NCBI GenBank assembly: GCA_964016885.1
Contig: OZ024742.1
Location: 342,550,001-342,614,000, forward strand
Source of the DNA: Eledone cirrhosa
Taxonomy: Eukaryota
Length of the DNA stretch: 64,000 bases
Direction: 5' to 3'
The notes under the pieces were generated by a model that was not told the origin of the DNA, did not search any database, and saw only the letters and a list, made by a program, of their open reading frames with translations. Positions 40,301 through 53,840 of this stretch are shown here, one piece after another (the first letter of the stretch is position 1; every line of letters starts with the position of its first letter). Position numbers and translations under genes: made by a program.

Positions 40301-43300
40301 GAAGTGTGTGATCTCCAGTGGTATGAAGTATGTGATCTACAGTGGTATGAAGTATGTGATCTACAGTGGTATGAAGTATGTGATTTACAGTGGTATGAAG
40401 TATGTGATCTCTTGTGGTATGAAGTATGTGATCTACAGTGGTATGAAGTATGTGATCTCCAGTGGTATGAAGTATGTGATCTACAGTGGTATGAAGTATG
40501 TGATATCATGTGGTATGAAGTATGTGATCTCCAGTGGTATGAAGTATGTCAGCTCCAGTGGTATGAAGTATGTGATCTCCTGTGGTATGAAGTATGTGAT
40601 CTTACAGTGGTATGAAGTATGTGATCTCTTGTGGTATGAAGTATGTGATCTACAGTGGTATGAAGTATGTGATCTCCAGTGGTATGAAGTATGTGATCTA
40701 CAGTGGTATGAAGTATGTGATATCCTGTGGTATGAAGTATGTGATCTCCAGTGGTATGAAGTATGTCAGCTCCTGTGGTATGAAGTATGTGATCTACAGC
40801 GGTATAAAGTATGTGATCTCCAGTGGTATGAAGTATGTGATATCCTGTGGTATGAAGTATGTGATATCCTGTTGTATGAAGTATGTGATCTTCAGTGGTA
40901 TGAAGTATGTCAGCTCCAGTGGTATGAAGTATGTGATCTCCAGTTGTATGAAGTATGTGATCTACAGTGGTATGAAGTATATGATCTCCTGTGGTATGAA
41001 GTATGTGATCTACAGTGGTATGAAGTATGTTAGCTCCTGTGGTATGAAGTATGTGATCTCCAGTGGTATGAAGTATGTGATCTCCAGTGGTATGAAGTAT
41101 GTGATCTACAGTGGTATGAAGTATGTGATCTCCTGTGGTATGAAGTATGTGATCTACAGTGGTATGAAGTATGTGATCTCCAGTGGTATGAAGTATGTGA
41201 TCTATAGTGGTATGAAGTATGTGATCTACAGTGGTATGAAGTATGTGATCTACAGTGGTATGAAGTATGTGATATCCTGTGGTATGAAGTATGTGATATC
41301 CTGTGGTATGAAGTATGTGATCTCCAGTGGTATGAAGTATGTGATCTCCAGTGGTATGAAGTATGTGATCTCCAGTGGTATGAAGTATGTGATATCCTGT
41401 GGTATTAAGTATGTGATCTCCAGTGGTATGAAGTATGTGATCTCCAGTGGTATGAAGTATGTGATCTCCAGTGGTATGAAGTATGTGATCTCCAGTGGTA
41501 TGAAGTATGTCAACTCCAGTGGTATGAAGTATGTCAGCTCCAGTGGTATGATGTATGTGATCTACATTGGTATGAAGTATGTGATCTCCAGTGGTATGAA
41601 GTATGTCAACTCCAGTGGTACGAAGTATGTGATCTACAGTGGTATAAAGTATGTTAGCTCCAGTGGTATGAGGTATGTGATCTACAGTGGTATGAAGTAT
41701 GTGATCTCCTGTGGTATGAAGTATGTGATCTACAGTGGTATGAAGTATGTGATCTCCAGTGGTATGAAGTATGTGATCTACAGTGGTATGAAGTATGTGA
41801 TCTACAGTGGTATGAAGTATGGGATCTCCAGTGGTATGAAGTATGTTAGCTCCAGTGGTATGAAGTGTGTGATCTCCAGTGGTATGAAGTATGTGATCTA
41901 CAGTGGTATGAAGTATGTGATCTACAGTGGTATGAAGTATGTGATTTACAGTGGTATGAAGTATGTGATCTCCTGTGGTATGAAGTATGTGATCTACAGT
42001 GGTATGAAGTATGTGATCTCCAGTGGTATGAAGTATGTGATCTACAGTGGTATGAAGTATGTGATATCCTGTGGTATGAAGTATGTGATATCCAGTGGTA
42101 TGAAGTATGTCAGCTCCAGTGGTATGAAGTATGTGATCTCCTGTGGTATGAAGTATGTGATCTACAGTGGTATGAAGTATGTGATCTCCAGTGGTATGAA
42201 GTATGTGATATCCTGTGGTATGAAGTATGTGATATCCTGTGGTATGAAGTATGTGATCTCCAGTGGTATGAAGTATGTCAGCTCCAGTGGTATGAAGTAT
42301 GTGATCTCCAGTTGTATGAAGTATGTGATCTACAGTGGTATGAAGTATATGATCTCCTGTGGTATGAAGTATGTGATCTACAGTGGTATGAAGTATGTTA
42401 GCTCCTGTGGTATGAAGTATGTGATCTCCAGTGGTATGAAGTATGTGATCTCCAGTGGTATGAAGTATGTGATCTACAGTGGTATGAAGTCTGTGATCTC
42501 CTGTGGTATGAAGTATGTGATCTACAGTGCTATGAAGTATGTGATATCCTGTGGTATGAAGTATGTGATATCCTGTGGTATGAAGTATGTGATCTCCAGT
42601 GGTATGAAGTATGTGATATCCTGTGGTATTAAGTATGTGATCTCCAGTGGTATGAAGTATGTGATCTCCAGTGGTATGAAGTATATGATCTCCAGTGGTA
42701 TGAAGTATGTGATCTCCAGTGGTATGAAGTATGTGATCTCCAGTAGTATGAAGTATGTCAGCTCCAGTGGTATGAAGTATGTGATCTCCAGTGGTATGAA
42801 GTATGTGATCTCCAGTGGTATGAAGTGTGTGATCTCCAGTGGCATGAAGTATGTGATCTCCAGTGGTATGAAGTATGTCAACTCCAGTGGTATGAAGTAT
42901 GTCAGCTCCAGTGGTATGAAGTATGTGATCTCCAGTGGTATGAAGTATGTGATCTCCAGTGGTATGAAGTATGTCAACTCCAGTGGTATGAAGTATGTGA
43001 TCTCCAGTGGTATGAAGTATGTGATCTCCAGTGGTATGAAGTATGTGATCTCCAGTGGTATGAAGTATGTCAGCTCCAGTGGTATGAAGTATGTGATATC
43101 CTGTGGTATGAAGTATGTGATCTACAGTGGTATGAAGTATGTGATCTCCAGTGGTATGAAGTATGTGATCTACAGTGGTATGAAGTATGTGATCTCCAGT
43201 GGTATGAAGTATGTGATCTCCAGTGGTATGAAATATGTGATCTACAGTGGTATGAAGTATGTGATCTCCAGTGGTATGAAGTATGTGATCTCCAGTGGTA

Positions 43301-46300
43301 TGAAATATGTGATCTCCAGTGGTATGAAGTATGTGATCTCCAGTGGTATGAAGTATGTCATATCCTGTGGTATGAAGTATGTGATCTCCAGTGGTATGGA
43401 GTATGTCAGCTCCAGTGGTATGAAGTATGTGATCTCCAGTGGTATGAAGTATGTGATCTCCAGTGGTATGAAATATGTGATCTACAGTGGTATGAAGTAT
43501 GTTAGCTCCAGTGGTATGAAGTATGTGATCTACAGTGGTATGAAGTATGTGATCTCCAGTGGTATGAAGTATGTGATCTACAGTGGTATGAAGTATGTGA
43601 TCTACAGTGGTATGAAGTATGTGATCTCCAGTGGTATGAAGTATGTTAGCTCCAGTGGTATGAAGTGTGTGATCTACAGTGGTATGAAGTATGTGATCTA
43701 CAGTGGTACGAAGTATGTAATCTCCAGTGGTATGAAGTATGTGATCTACAGTGGTATGAAGTATGTGATCTACAGTGGTATGAAGTATGTGATCTATAGT
43801 GGTATGAAGTATGTGATCTCCTGTGGTATGAAGTATGTGATCTACAGTGGTATGAAGTATGTGATCTCCAGTGTTATGAAGTATGTGATCTCCAGTGGTA
43901 TGAAGTATGTGATCTACAGTGGTATGAAGTATGTGATATCCTGTGGTATGAAGTATGTGATCTCCAGTGGTATGAAGTATGTCAGCTCCAGTGGTATGAA
44001 GTATGTGCTCTCCTGTGGTATGAAGAATGTGATCTACAATGGTATGAAGTATGTGATCTCCAGTGGTATGAAGTATGTGATATCCTGTGGTATGAAGTAT
44101 GTAATATCCTGTGGTATGAAGTATGTGATCTCCAGTGGTATGAAGTATGTGATCTCCAGTGGTATGAAGTATGTGATATCCTGTGGTATGAAGTATGTGA
44201 TCTCCAGTGGTATGAAGTATGTGATCTCCAGTGGTATGAAGTATATGATCTCCAGTGGTATGAAGTATGTGATCTACAGTGGTATGAAGTATGTGATCTC
44301 CAGTGGTATGAAGTATGTGACCTCCAGTGGTATGAAATATGTGATCTACAGTGGTATGAAGTATGTGATCTCCAGTGGTATGAAGTATGTGATCTCCAGT
44401 GTTATGAAATATGTGATCTCCAGTGGTATGAAGTATGTGATCTCCAGTGGTATGAAGTATGTGATATCCTGTGGTATGAAGTATGTGATCTCCAGTGGTA
44501 TGAAGTATGTGATCTCCAGTGGTATGAAGTATGTGATCTACAGTGGTATGAAGTATGTGATCTACAGTGGTATGAAGTATGTGATCTCCAGTGGTATGAA
44601 GTATGTTAGCTCCTGTGGTATGAAGTGTGTGATCTCCAGTGGTATGAAGTATGTGATCTACAGTGGTATGAAGTATGTGATCTACAGTGGTATGAAGTAT
44701 GTGATCTACAGTGGTATGAAGTATGTGATTTACAGTGGTATGAAGTATGTGATTTCTTGTGGTATGAAGTATGTGATCTACAGTGGTATGAAGTATGTGA
44801 TCTCCAGTGGTATGAAGTATGTGATCTACAGTGGTATGAAGTATGTGATATCCTGTGGTATGAAGTATGTGATCTCCAGTGGTATGAAGTATGTCAGCTC
44901 CAGTGGTATGAAGTATGTGATCTCCTGTGGTATGAAGTATGTGATCTACAGTGGTATAAAGTATGTGATCTCCAGTGGTATGAAGTATGTGATATCCTGT
45001 GGTATGAAGTATGTGATATCCTGTTGTATGAAGTATGTGATCTTCAGTGGTATGAAGTATGTCAGCTCCAGTGGTATGAAGTATGTGATCTCCAGTTGTA
45101 TGAAGTATGTGATCTACAGTGGTATGAAGTATATGATCTCCTGTGGTATGAAGTATGTGATCTACAGTGGTATGAAGTATGTTAGCTCCTGTGGTATGAA
45201 GTATGTGATCTCCAGTGGTATGAAGTATGTGATCTACAGTGGTATGAAGTATGTGATCTACAGTGGTATGAAGTATGTGATATCCTGTGGTATGAAGTGT
45301 GTGATATCCTGTGGTATGAAGTATGTGATCTCCAGTGGTATGAAGTATGTGATCTCCAGTGGTATGAAGTATGTGATCTCCAGTGGTATGAAGTATGTGA
45401 TATCCTGTGGTATTGAGTATGTGATCTCCAGTGGTATGAAGTATGTGATCTCCAGTGGTATGAAGTATGTGATCTCCAGTGGTATGAAGTATGTGATCTC
45501 CAGTGGTATGAAGTATGTCAACTCCAGTGGTATGAAGTATGTCAGCTCCAGTGGTATGATGTATGTGATCTACATTGGTATGAAGTATGTGATCTCCAGT
45601 GGTATGAAGTATGTCAACTCCAGTGGTACGAAGTATGTGATCTCCAGTGGTATGAAGTATGTGATCTCCAGTGGTATGAAGTATGTGATCACCAGTGGTA
45701 TGAAGTATGTCAGCTCCAGTGGTATGAAGTATGTGATATCCTGTGGTATGAAGTATGTGATCTACAGTGGTATGAAGTATGTGATCTACAGTGGTATGAA
45801 GTATGTGATCTACAGTGGTATGAAGTATGTGATCTCCAGTGGTATGAAGTATGTGATCACCAGTGGTATGAAGTATGTGATCTACAGTGGTATGAAGTAT
45901 GTGATATCCTGTGGTATGAAGTATGTGATCTCCAGTGGTATGAAATATGTGATCTCCAGTGGTATGAAGTATGTGATCTCCAGTGGTATGAAGTATGTGA
46001 TCTCCAGTGGTATGAAGTATGTGATCTCCAGTGGTATGAAATATGTGATCTACAGTGGTATGAAGTATGTGATCTCCAGTGGTATGAAATATGTGATCTC
46101 CAGTGGTATGAAGTATGTGATCTCCAGTGGTATGAAGTATGTCATATCCTGTGGTATGAAGTATGTGATCTCCAGTGGTATGGAGTATGTCAGCTCCAGT
46201 GGTATGAAGTATGTGATCTCCAGTGGTATGAAGTATGTGATCTCCAGTGGTATGAAATATGTGATCTACAGTGGTATGAAGTATGTTAGCTCCAGTGGTA

Positions 46301-49165
46301 TGAAGTATGTGGTCTACAGTGGTATGAAGTATGTGATCTCCAGTGGTATGAAGTATGTGATCTACAGTGGTATGAAGTATGTGATCTCCTGTGGTATGAA
46401 GTAAGTGATCTACAGTGGTATGAAGTATGTGATCTCCAGTGGTATGAAGTATGTGATCTACAGTGGTATGAAGTATGTGGTCTACAGTGGTATGAAGTAT
46501 GTGATATCCTGTGGTATGAAGTATGTAATATCCTGTGGTATGAAGTATGTGATCTCCAGTGGTATGAAGTATGTGATCTCCAGTGGTATGAAGTATGTGA
46601 TATCCTGTGGTATGAAGTATGTGATCTCCAGTGGTATGAAGGATGTGATCTCCAGTGGTATGAAGTATATGATCTCCAGTGGTATGAAGTATGTGATCTA
46701 CAGTGGTATGAAGTATGTGATCTCCAGTAGTATGAAGTATGTCAGCTCCAGTGGTATGAAGTATGTGATCTCCAGAGGTATGAAGTATGTGATCTCCAGT
46801 GGTATGAAGTATGTGATCTCCAGTGGTATGAAGTATGTGATCTCCAGTGGTATGAAGTATGTCAACTCCAGTGGTATGAAGTATGTCAGCTCCAGTGGTA
46901 TGAAGTATGTGATCTACAGTGGTATGAAGTATGTGATCTAAAGTGGTATGAAGTATGTCAACTCCAGTGGTATGAAGTATGTGATCTCCAGTGGTATGAA
47001 GTATGTGATCTCCAGTGGTATGAAGTATGTGATCTCCAGTGGTATGAAGTATGTCAGCTCCAGTGGTATGAAGTATGTGATATCCTGTGGTATGAAGTAT
47101 GTGATCTACAGTGGTATGAAGTATGTGATCTATAGTGGTATGAAGTATGTGATCTCCTGTGGTATGAAGTATGTGATCTACAGTGGTATGAAGTATGTGA
47201 TCTCCAGTGGTATGAAGTATGTGATCTACAGTGGTATGAAGTATGTGATCTACAGTGGTATGAAGTATGTGATATCCTGTGGTATGAAGTATGTGATCTC
47301 CAGTGGTATGAAGTATGTCAGCTCCAGTGGTATGAAGTATGTGCTCTCCTGTGGTATGAAGTATGTGATCTACAGTGGTATGAAGTATGTGATCTCCAGT
47401 GGTATGAAGTATGTGATATCCTGTGGTATGAAGTATGTAATATCCTGTGGTATGAAGTATGTGATCTCCAGTGGTATGAAGTATGTGATCTCCAGTGGTA
47501 TGAAGTATGTGATATCCTGTGGTATGAAGTATATGATCTCCAGTGGTATGAAGTATGTGATCTCCAGTGGTATGAAGTATGTGATCTCCAGTGGTATGAA
47601 GTATGTGATCTACAGTGGTATGAAGTATGTTAGCTCCAGTGGTATGAGGTATGTGATCTACTGTGGTATGAAGTATGTGATCTCCTGTGGTATGAAGTTA
47701 GTGATCTACAGTGGTATGAAGTATGTGATCTCCAGTGGTATGAAGTATGTGATCTACAGTGGTATGAAGTATGTGATCTACAGTGGTATGAAGTATGTGA
47801 TCTCCAGTGGTATGAAGTATGTTAGCTCCTGTGGTATGAAGTGTGTGATCTCCAGTGGTATGAAGTATGTGATCTACAGTGGTATGAAGTATGTGATCTA
47901 CAGTGGTATGAAGTATGTGATTTACAGTGGTATGAAGTATGTGATCTCTTGTGGTATGAAGTATGTGATCTACAGTGGTATGAAGTATGTGATCTCCAGT
48001 GGTATGAAGTATGTGATCTACAGTGGTATGAAGTATGTGATATCCTGTGGTATGAAGTATGTGATCTCCAGTGGTATGAAGTATGTCAGCTCCAGTGGTA
48101 TGAAGTATGTGATCTCCTGTGGTATGAAGTATGTGATCTTACAGTGGTATGAAGTATGTGATCTCTTGTGGTATGAAGTATGTGATCTACAGTGGTATGA
48201 AGTATGTGATCTCCAGTGGTATGAAGTATGTGATCTACAGTGGTATGAAGTATGTGATATCCTGTGGTATGAAGTATGTGATCTCCAGTGGTATGAAGTA
48301 TGTCAGCTCCTGTGGTATGAAGTATGTGATCTACAGTGGTATAAAGTATGTGATCTCCAGTGGTATGAAGTATGTGATATCCTGTGGTATGAAGTATGTG
48401 ATATCCTGTTGTATGAAGTATGTGATCTTCAGTGGTATGAAGTATGTCAGCTTCAGTGGTATGAAGTATGTGATCTCCAGTTGTATGAAGTATGTGATCT
48501 ACAGTGGTATGAAGTATATGATCTCCTGTGGTATGAAGTATGTGATCTACAGTGGTATGAAGTATGTTAGCTCCTGTGGTATGAAGTATGTGATCTCCAG
48601 TGGTATGAAGTATGTGATCTCCAGTGGTATGAAGTATGTGATCTACAGTGGTATGAAGTATGTGATCTCCTGTGGTATGAAGTATGTGATCTACAGTGGT
48701 ATGAAGTATGTGATCTCCAGTGGTCTGAAGTATGTGATCTATAGTGGTATGAAGTATGTGATCTACAGTGGTATGAAGTATGTGATCTACAGTGGTATGA
48801 AGTATGTGATATCCTGTGGTATGAAGTATGTGATATCCTGTGGTATGAAGTATGTGATCTCCAGTGGTATGAAGTATGTGATCTCCAGTGGTATGAAGTA
48901 TGTGATCTCCAGTGGTATGAAGTATGTGATATCCTGTGGTATTAAGTATGTGATCTCCAGTGGTATGAAGTATGTGATCTCCAGTGGTATGAAGTATGTG
49001 ATCTCCAGTGGTATGAAGTATGTGATCTCCAGTGGTATGAAGTATGTCAACTCCAGTGGTATGAAGTATGTCAGCTCCAGTGGTATGATGTATGTGATCT
49101 ACATTGGTATGAAGTATGTGATCTCCAGTGGTATGAAGTATGTCAACTCCAGTGGTACGAAGTAT
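34380..49165. repeat. Tandem duplication of a ~7.25-7.6 kb block: ~34380-41628 and ~41629-49165
   Basis: ORF and marker offsets: 34616/41865 (7,249), 37016/44625 (7,609), 38940/46405 and 39483/46948 (7,465), 40612/48149 (7,537). Shared rare variants: ATTTCTTGT, ATTGAG, AAGTAAGTG, ATCTAAAGT and the ATCTTAC insertion. Offsets differ by whole monomers. Confidence 0.85.
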
Positions 49166-52100
49166 GTGATCTCCAGTGGTATGAAGTATGTGATCTCCAG
49201 TGGTATGAAGTATGTGATCTCCAGTGGTATGAAGTATGTCAGCTCCAGTGGTATGAAGTATGTGATATCCTGTGGTATGAAGTATGTGATCTACAGTGGT
49301 ATGAAGTATGTGATCTACAGTGGTATGAAGTATGTGATCTACAGTGGTATGAAGTATGTGATCTCCAGTGGTATGAAGTATGTGATCTCCAGTGGTATGA
49401 AGTATGTGATCTACAGTGGTATGAAGTATGTGATATCCTGTGGTATGAAGTTTGTGATCTCCAGTGGTATGAAATATGTGATCTCCAGTGGTCTGAAGTA
49501 TGTGATCTCCAGTGGTATGAAGTATGTGATCTCCAGTGGTATGAAGTATGTGATCTCCAGTGGTATGAAATATGTGATCTACAGTGGTATGAAGTATGTG
49601 ATCTCCAGTGGTATGAAATATGTGATCTCCAGTGGTATGAAGTATGTGATCTCCAGTGGTATGAAGTATGTCATATCCTGTGGTATGAAGTATGTGATCT
49701 CCAGTGGTATGGAGTATGTCAGCTCCAGTGGTATGAAGTATGTGATCTCCAGTGGTATGAAGTATGTGATCTCCAGTGGTATGAAATATGTGATCTACAG
49801 TGGTATGAAGTATGTTAGCTCCAGTGGTATGAAGTATGTGATCTACAGTGGTATGAAGTATGTGATCTCCAGTGGTATGAAGTATGTGATCTACAGTGGT
49901 ATGAAGTATGTGATCTCCTGTGGTATGAAGTAAGTGATCTACAGTGGTATGAAGTATGTGATCTCCAGTGGTATGAAGTATGTGATCTACAGTGGTATGA
50001 AGTATGTGATCTACAGTGGTATGAAGTATGTGATATCCTGTGGTATGAAGTATGTAATATCCTGTGGTATGAAGTATGTGATCTCCAGTGGTATGAAGTA
50101 TGTGATCTCCAGTGGTATGAAGTATGTGATATCCTGTGGTATGAAGTATGTGATCTCCAGTGGTATGAAGGATGTGATCTCCAGTGGTATGAAGTATATG
50201 ATCTCCAGTGGTATGAAGTATGTGATCTACAGTGGTATGAAGTATGTGATCTCCAGTAGTATGAAGTATGTCAGCTCCAGTGGTATGAAGTATGTGATCT
50301 CCAGAGGTATGAAGTATGTGTTCTCCAGTGGTATGAAGTATGTGATCTCCAGTGGTATGAAGTATGTGATCTCCAGTGGTATAAAGTATGTCAACTCCAG
50401 TGGTATGAAGTATGTCAGCTCCAGTGGTATGAAGTATGTGATCTACAGTGGTATGAAGTATGTGATCTAAAGTGGTATGAAGTATGTCAACTCCAGTGGT
50501 ATGAAGTATGTGATCTCCAGTGGTATGAAGTATGTGATCTCCAGTGGTATGAAGTATGTGATCTCCAGTGGTATGAAGTATGTCAGCTCCAGTGGTATGA
50601 AGTATGTGATATCCTGTGGTATGAAGTATGTGATCTACAGTGGTATGAAGTATGTGATCTATAGTGGTATGAAGTATGTGATCTCCTGTGGTATGAAGTA
50701 TGTGATCTACAGTGGTATGAAGTATGTGATCTCCAGTGGTATGAAGTATGTGATCTCCAGTGGTATGAAGTATGTGATCTACAGTGGTATGAAGTATGTG
50801 ATATCCTGTGGTATGAAGTATGTGATCTCCAGTGGTATGAAGTATGTCAGCTCCAGTGGTATGAAGTATGTGATCTCCAGTGGTATGAAGTATGTCATAT
50901 CCTGTGGTATGAAGTATGTGATCTCCAGTGGTATGAAGTATGTCAGCTCCAGTGGTATGAAGTATGTGATCTCCAGTGGTATGAAGTATGTGATCTCCAG
51001 TGGTATGAAATATGTGATCTACAGTGGTATGAAGTATGTTAGCTCCAGTGGTATGAGGTATGTGATCTACAGTGGTATGAAGTATGTGATCTCCTGTGGT
51101 ATGAAGTATGTGATCTACAGTGGTATGAAGTATGTGATCTCCAGTGGTATGAAGTATGTGATCTACAGTGGTATGAAGTATGTGATCTACAGTGGTATGA
51201 AGTATGTGATCTCCAGTGGTATGAAGTATGTTAGCTCCTGTGGTATGAAGTGTGTGATCTCCAGTGGTATGAAGTATGTGATCTACAGTGGTATGAAGTA
51301 TGTGATCTACAGTGGTATGAAGTATGTGATTTACAGTGGTATGAAGTATGTGATCTCTTGTGGTATGAAGTATGTGATCTACAGTAGTATGAAGTATGTG
51401 ATCTCCAGTGGTATGAAGTATGTGATCTACAGTGGTATGAAGTATGTGATATCCTGTGGTATGAAGTATGTGATCTCCAGTGGTATGAAGTATGTCAGCT
51501 CCAGTGGTATGAAGTATGTGATCTCCTGTGGTATGAAGTATGTGATCTTACAGTGGTATGAAGTATGTGATATCCTGTGGTATGAAGTATGTGATATCCT
51601 GTTGTATGAAGTATGTGATCTTCAGTGGTATGAAGTATGTCAGCTCCAGTGGTATGAAGTATGTGATCTCCAGTTGTATGAAGTATGTGATCTACAGTGG
51701 TATGAAGTATATGATCTCCTGTGGTATGAAGTATGTGATCTACAGTGGTATGAAGTATGTTAGCTCCTGTGGTATGAAGTATGTGATCTCCAGTGGTATG
51801 AAGTATGTGATCTCCAGTGGTATGAAGTATGTGATCTACAGTGGTATGAAGTATGTGATCTCCTGTGGTATGAAGTATGTGATCTACAGTGGTATGAAGT
51901 ATGTGATCTCCGGTGGTATGAAGTATGTGATCTATAGTGGTATGAAGTATGTGATCTACAGTGGTATGAAGTATGTGATCTACAGTGGTATGAAGTATGT
52001 GATATCCTGTGGTATGAAGTATGTGATATCCTGTGGTATGAAGTATGTGATCTCCAGTGGTATGAAGTATGTGATCTCCAGTGGTATGAAGTATGTGATC

Positions 52101-53840
52101 TCCAGTGGTATGAAGTATGTGATATCCTGTGGTATTAAGTATGTGATCTCCAGTGGTATGAAGTATGTGATCTCCAGTGGTATGAAGTATGTGATCTCCA
52201 GTGGTATGAAGTATGTGATCTCCAGTGGTATGAAGTATGTCAACTCCAGTGGTATGAAGTATGTCAGCTCCAGTGGTATGAAGTATGTGATCTACAGTGG
52301 TATGAAGTATGTGATCTCCAGTGGTATGAAGTATGTCAACTCCAGTGGTATGAAGTATGTGATCTCCAGTGGTATGAAGTATGTGATCTCCAGTGGTATG
52401 AAGTATGTGATCTCCAGTGGTATGAAGTATGTCAGCTCCAGTGGTATGAAGTATGTGATATCCTGTGGTATGAAGTATGTGATCTACAGTGGTATGAAGT
52501 ATGTGATCTACAGTGGTATGAAGTATGTGATCTACAGTGGTATGAAGTATGTGATCTCCAGTGGTATGAAGTATGTGATCTCCAGTGGTATGAAGTATGT
52601 GATCTACAGTGGTATGAAGTATGTGATATCCTGTGGTATGAAGTATGTGATCTCCAGTGGTATGAAATATGTGATCTCCAGTGGTATGAAGTATGTGATC
52701 TCCAGTGGTATGAAGTATGTGATCTCCAGTGGTATGAAGTATGTGATCTCCAGTGGTATGAAATATGTGATCTACAGTGGTATGAAGTATGTGATCTCCA
52801 GTGGTATGAAATATGTGATCTCCAGTGGTATGAAGTATGTGATCTCCAGTGGTATGAAGTATGTCATATCCTGTGGTATGAAGTATGTGATCTCCAGTGG
52901 TATGGAGTATGTCAGCTCCAGTGGTATGAAGTATGTGATCTCCAGTGGTATGAAGTATGTGATCTCCAGTGGTATGAAATATGTGATCTACAGTGGTATG
53001 AAGTATGTTAGCTCCAGTGGTATGAAGTATGTGATCTACAGTGGTATGAAGTATGTGATCTCCAGTGGTATGAAGTATGTGATCTACAGTGGTATGAAGT
53101 ATGTGATCTCCTGTGGTATGAAGTAAGTGATCTACAGTGGTATGAAGTATGTGATCTCCAGTGGTATGAAGTATGTGATCTACAGTGGTATGAAGTATGT
53201 GATCTACAGTGGTATGCAGTATGTGATATCCTGTGGTATGAAGTATGTAATATCCTGTGTATGAAGTATGTGATCTCCAGTGGTATGAAGTATGTGATCT
53301 CCAGTGGTATGAAGTATGTGATATCCTGTGGTATGAAGTATGTGATCTCCAGTGGTATGAAGGATGTGATCTCCAGTGGTATGAAGTATATGATCTCCAG
53401 TGGTATGAAGTATGTGATCTACAGTGGTATGAAGTATGTGATCTCCAGTAGTATGAAGTATGTCAGCTCCAGTGGTATGAAGTATGTGATCTCCAGTGGT
53501 ATGAAGTATGTGATCTCCAGTGGTATGAAGTATGTGATCTCCAGTGGTATGAAGTATGTGATCTCCAGTGGTATGAAGTATGTCAACTCCAGTGGTATGA
53601 AGTATGTCAGCTCCAGTGGTATGAAGTATGTGATCTACAGTGGTATGAAGTATGTGATCTAAAGTGGTATGAAGTATGTCAACTCCAGTGGTATGAAGTA
53701 TGTGATCTCCAGTGGTATGAAGTATGTGATCTCCAGTGGTATGAAGTATGTGATCTCCAGTGGTATGAAGTATGTCAGCTCCAGTGGTATGAAGTATGTG
53801 ATATCCTGTGGTATGAAGTATGTGATCTACAGTGGTATGA
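44600..53840. repeat. Roughly three successive copies of a ~3.2-3.5 kb higher-order unit
   Basis: ATCTTCAGT at 45040, 48425, 51618; AAGTAAGTG with the stop at 46402, 49931, 53124 (spacing 3,529 and 3,193); ATCTAAAGT with the stop at 46939, 50468, 53660. Confidence 0.8.
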
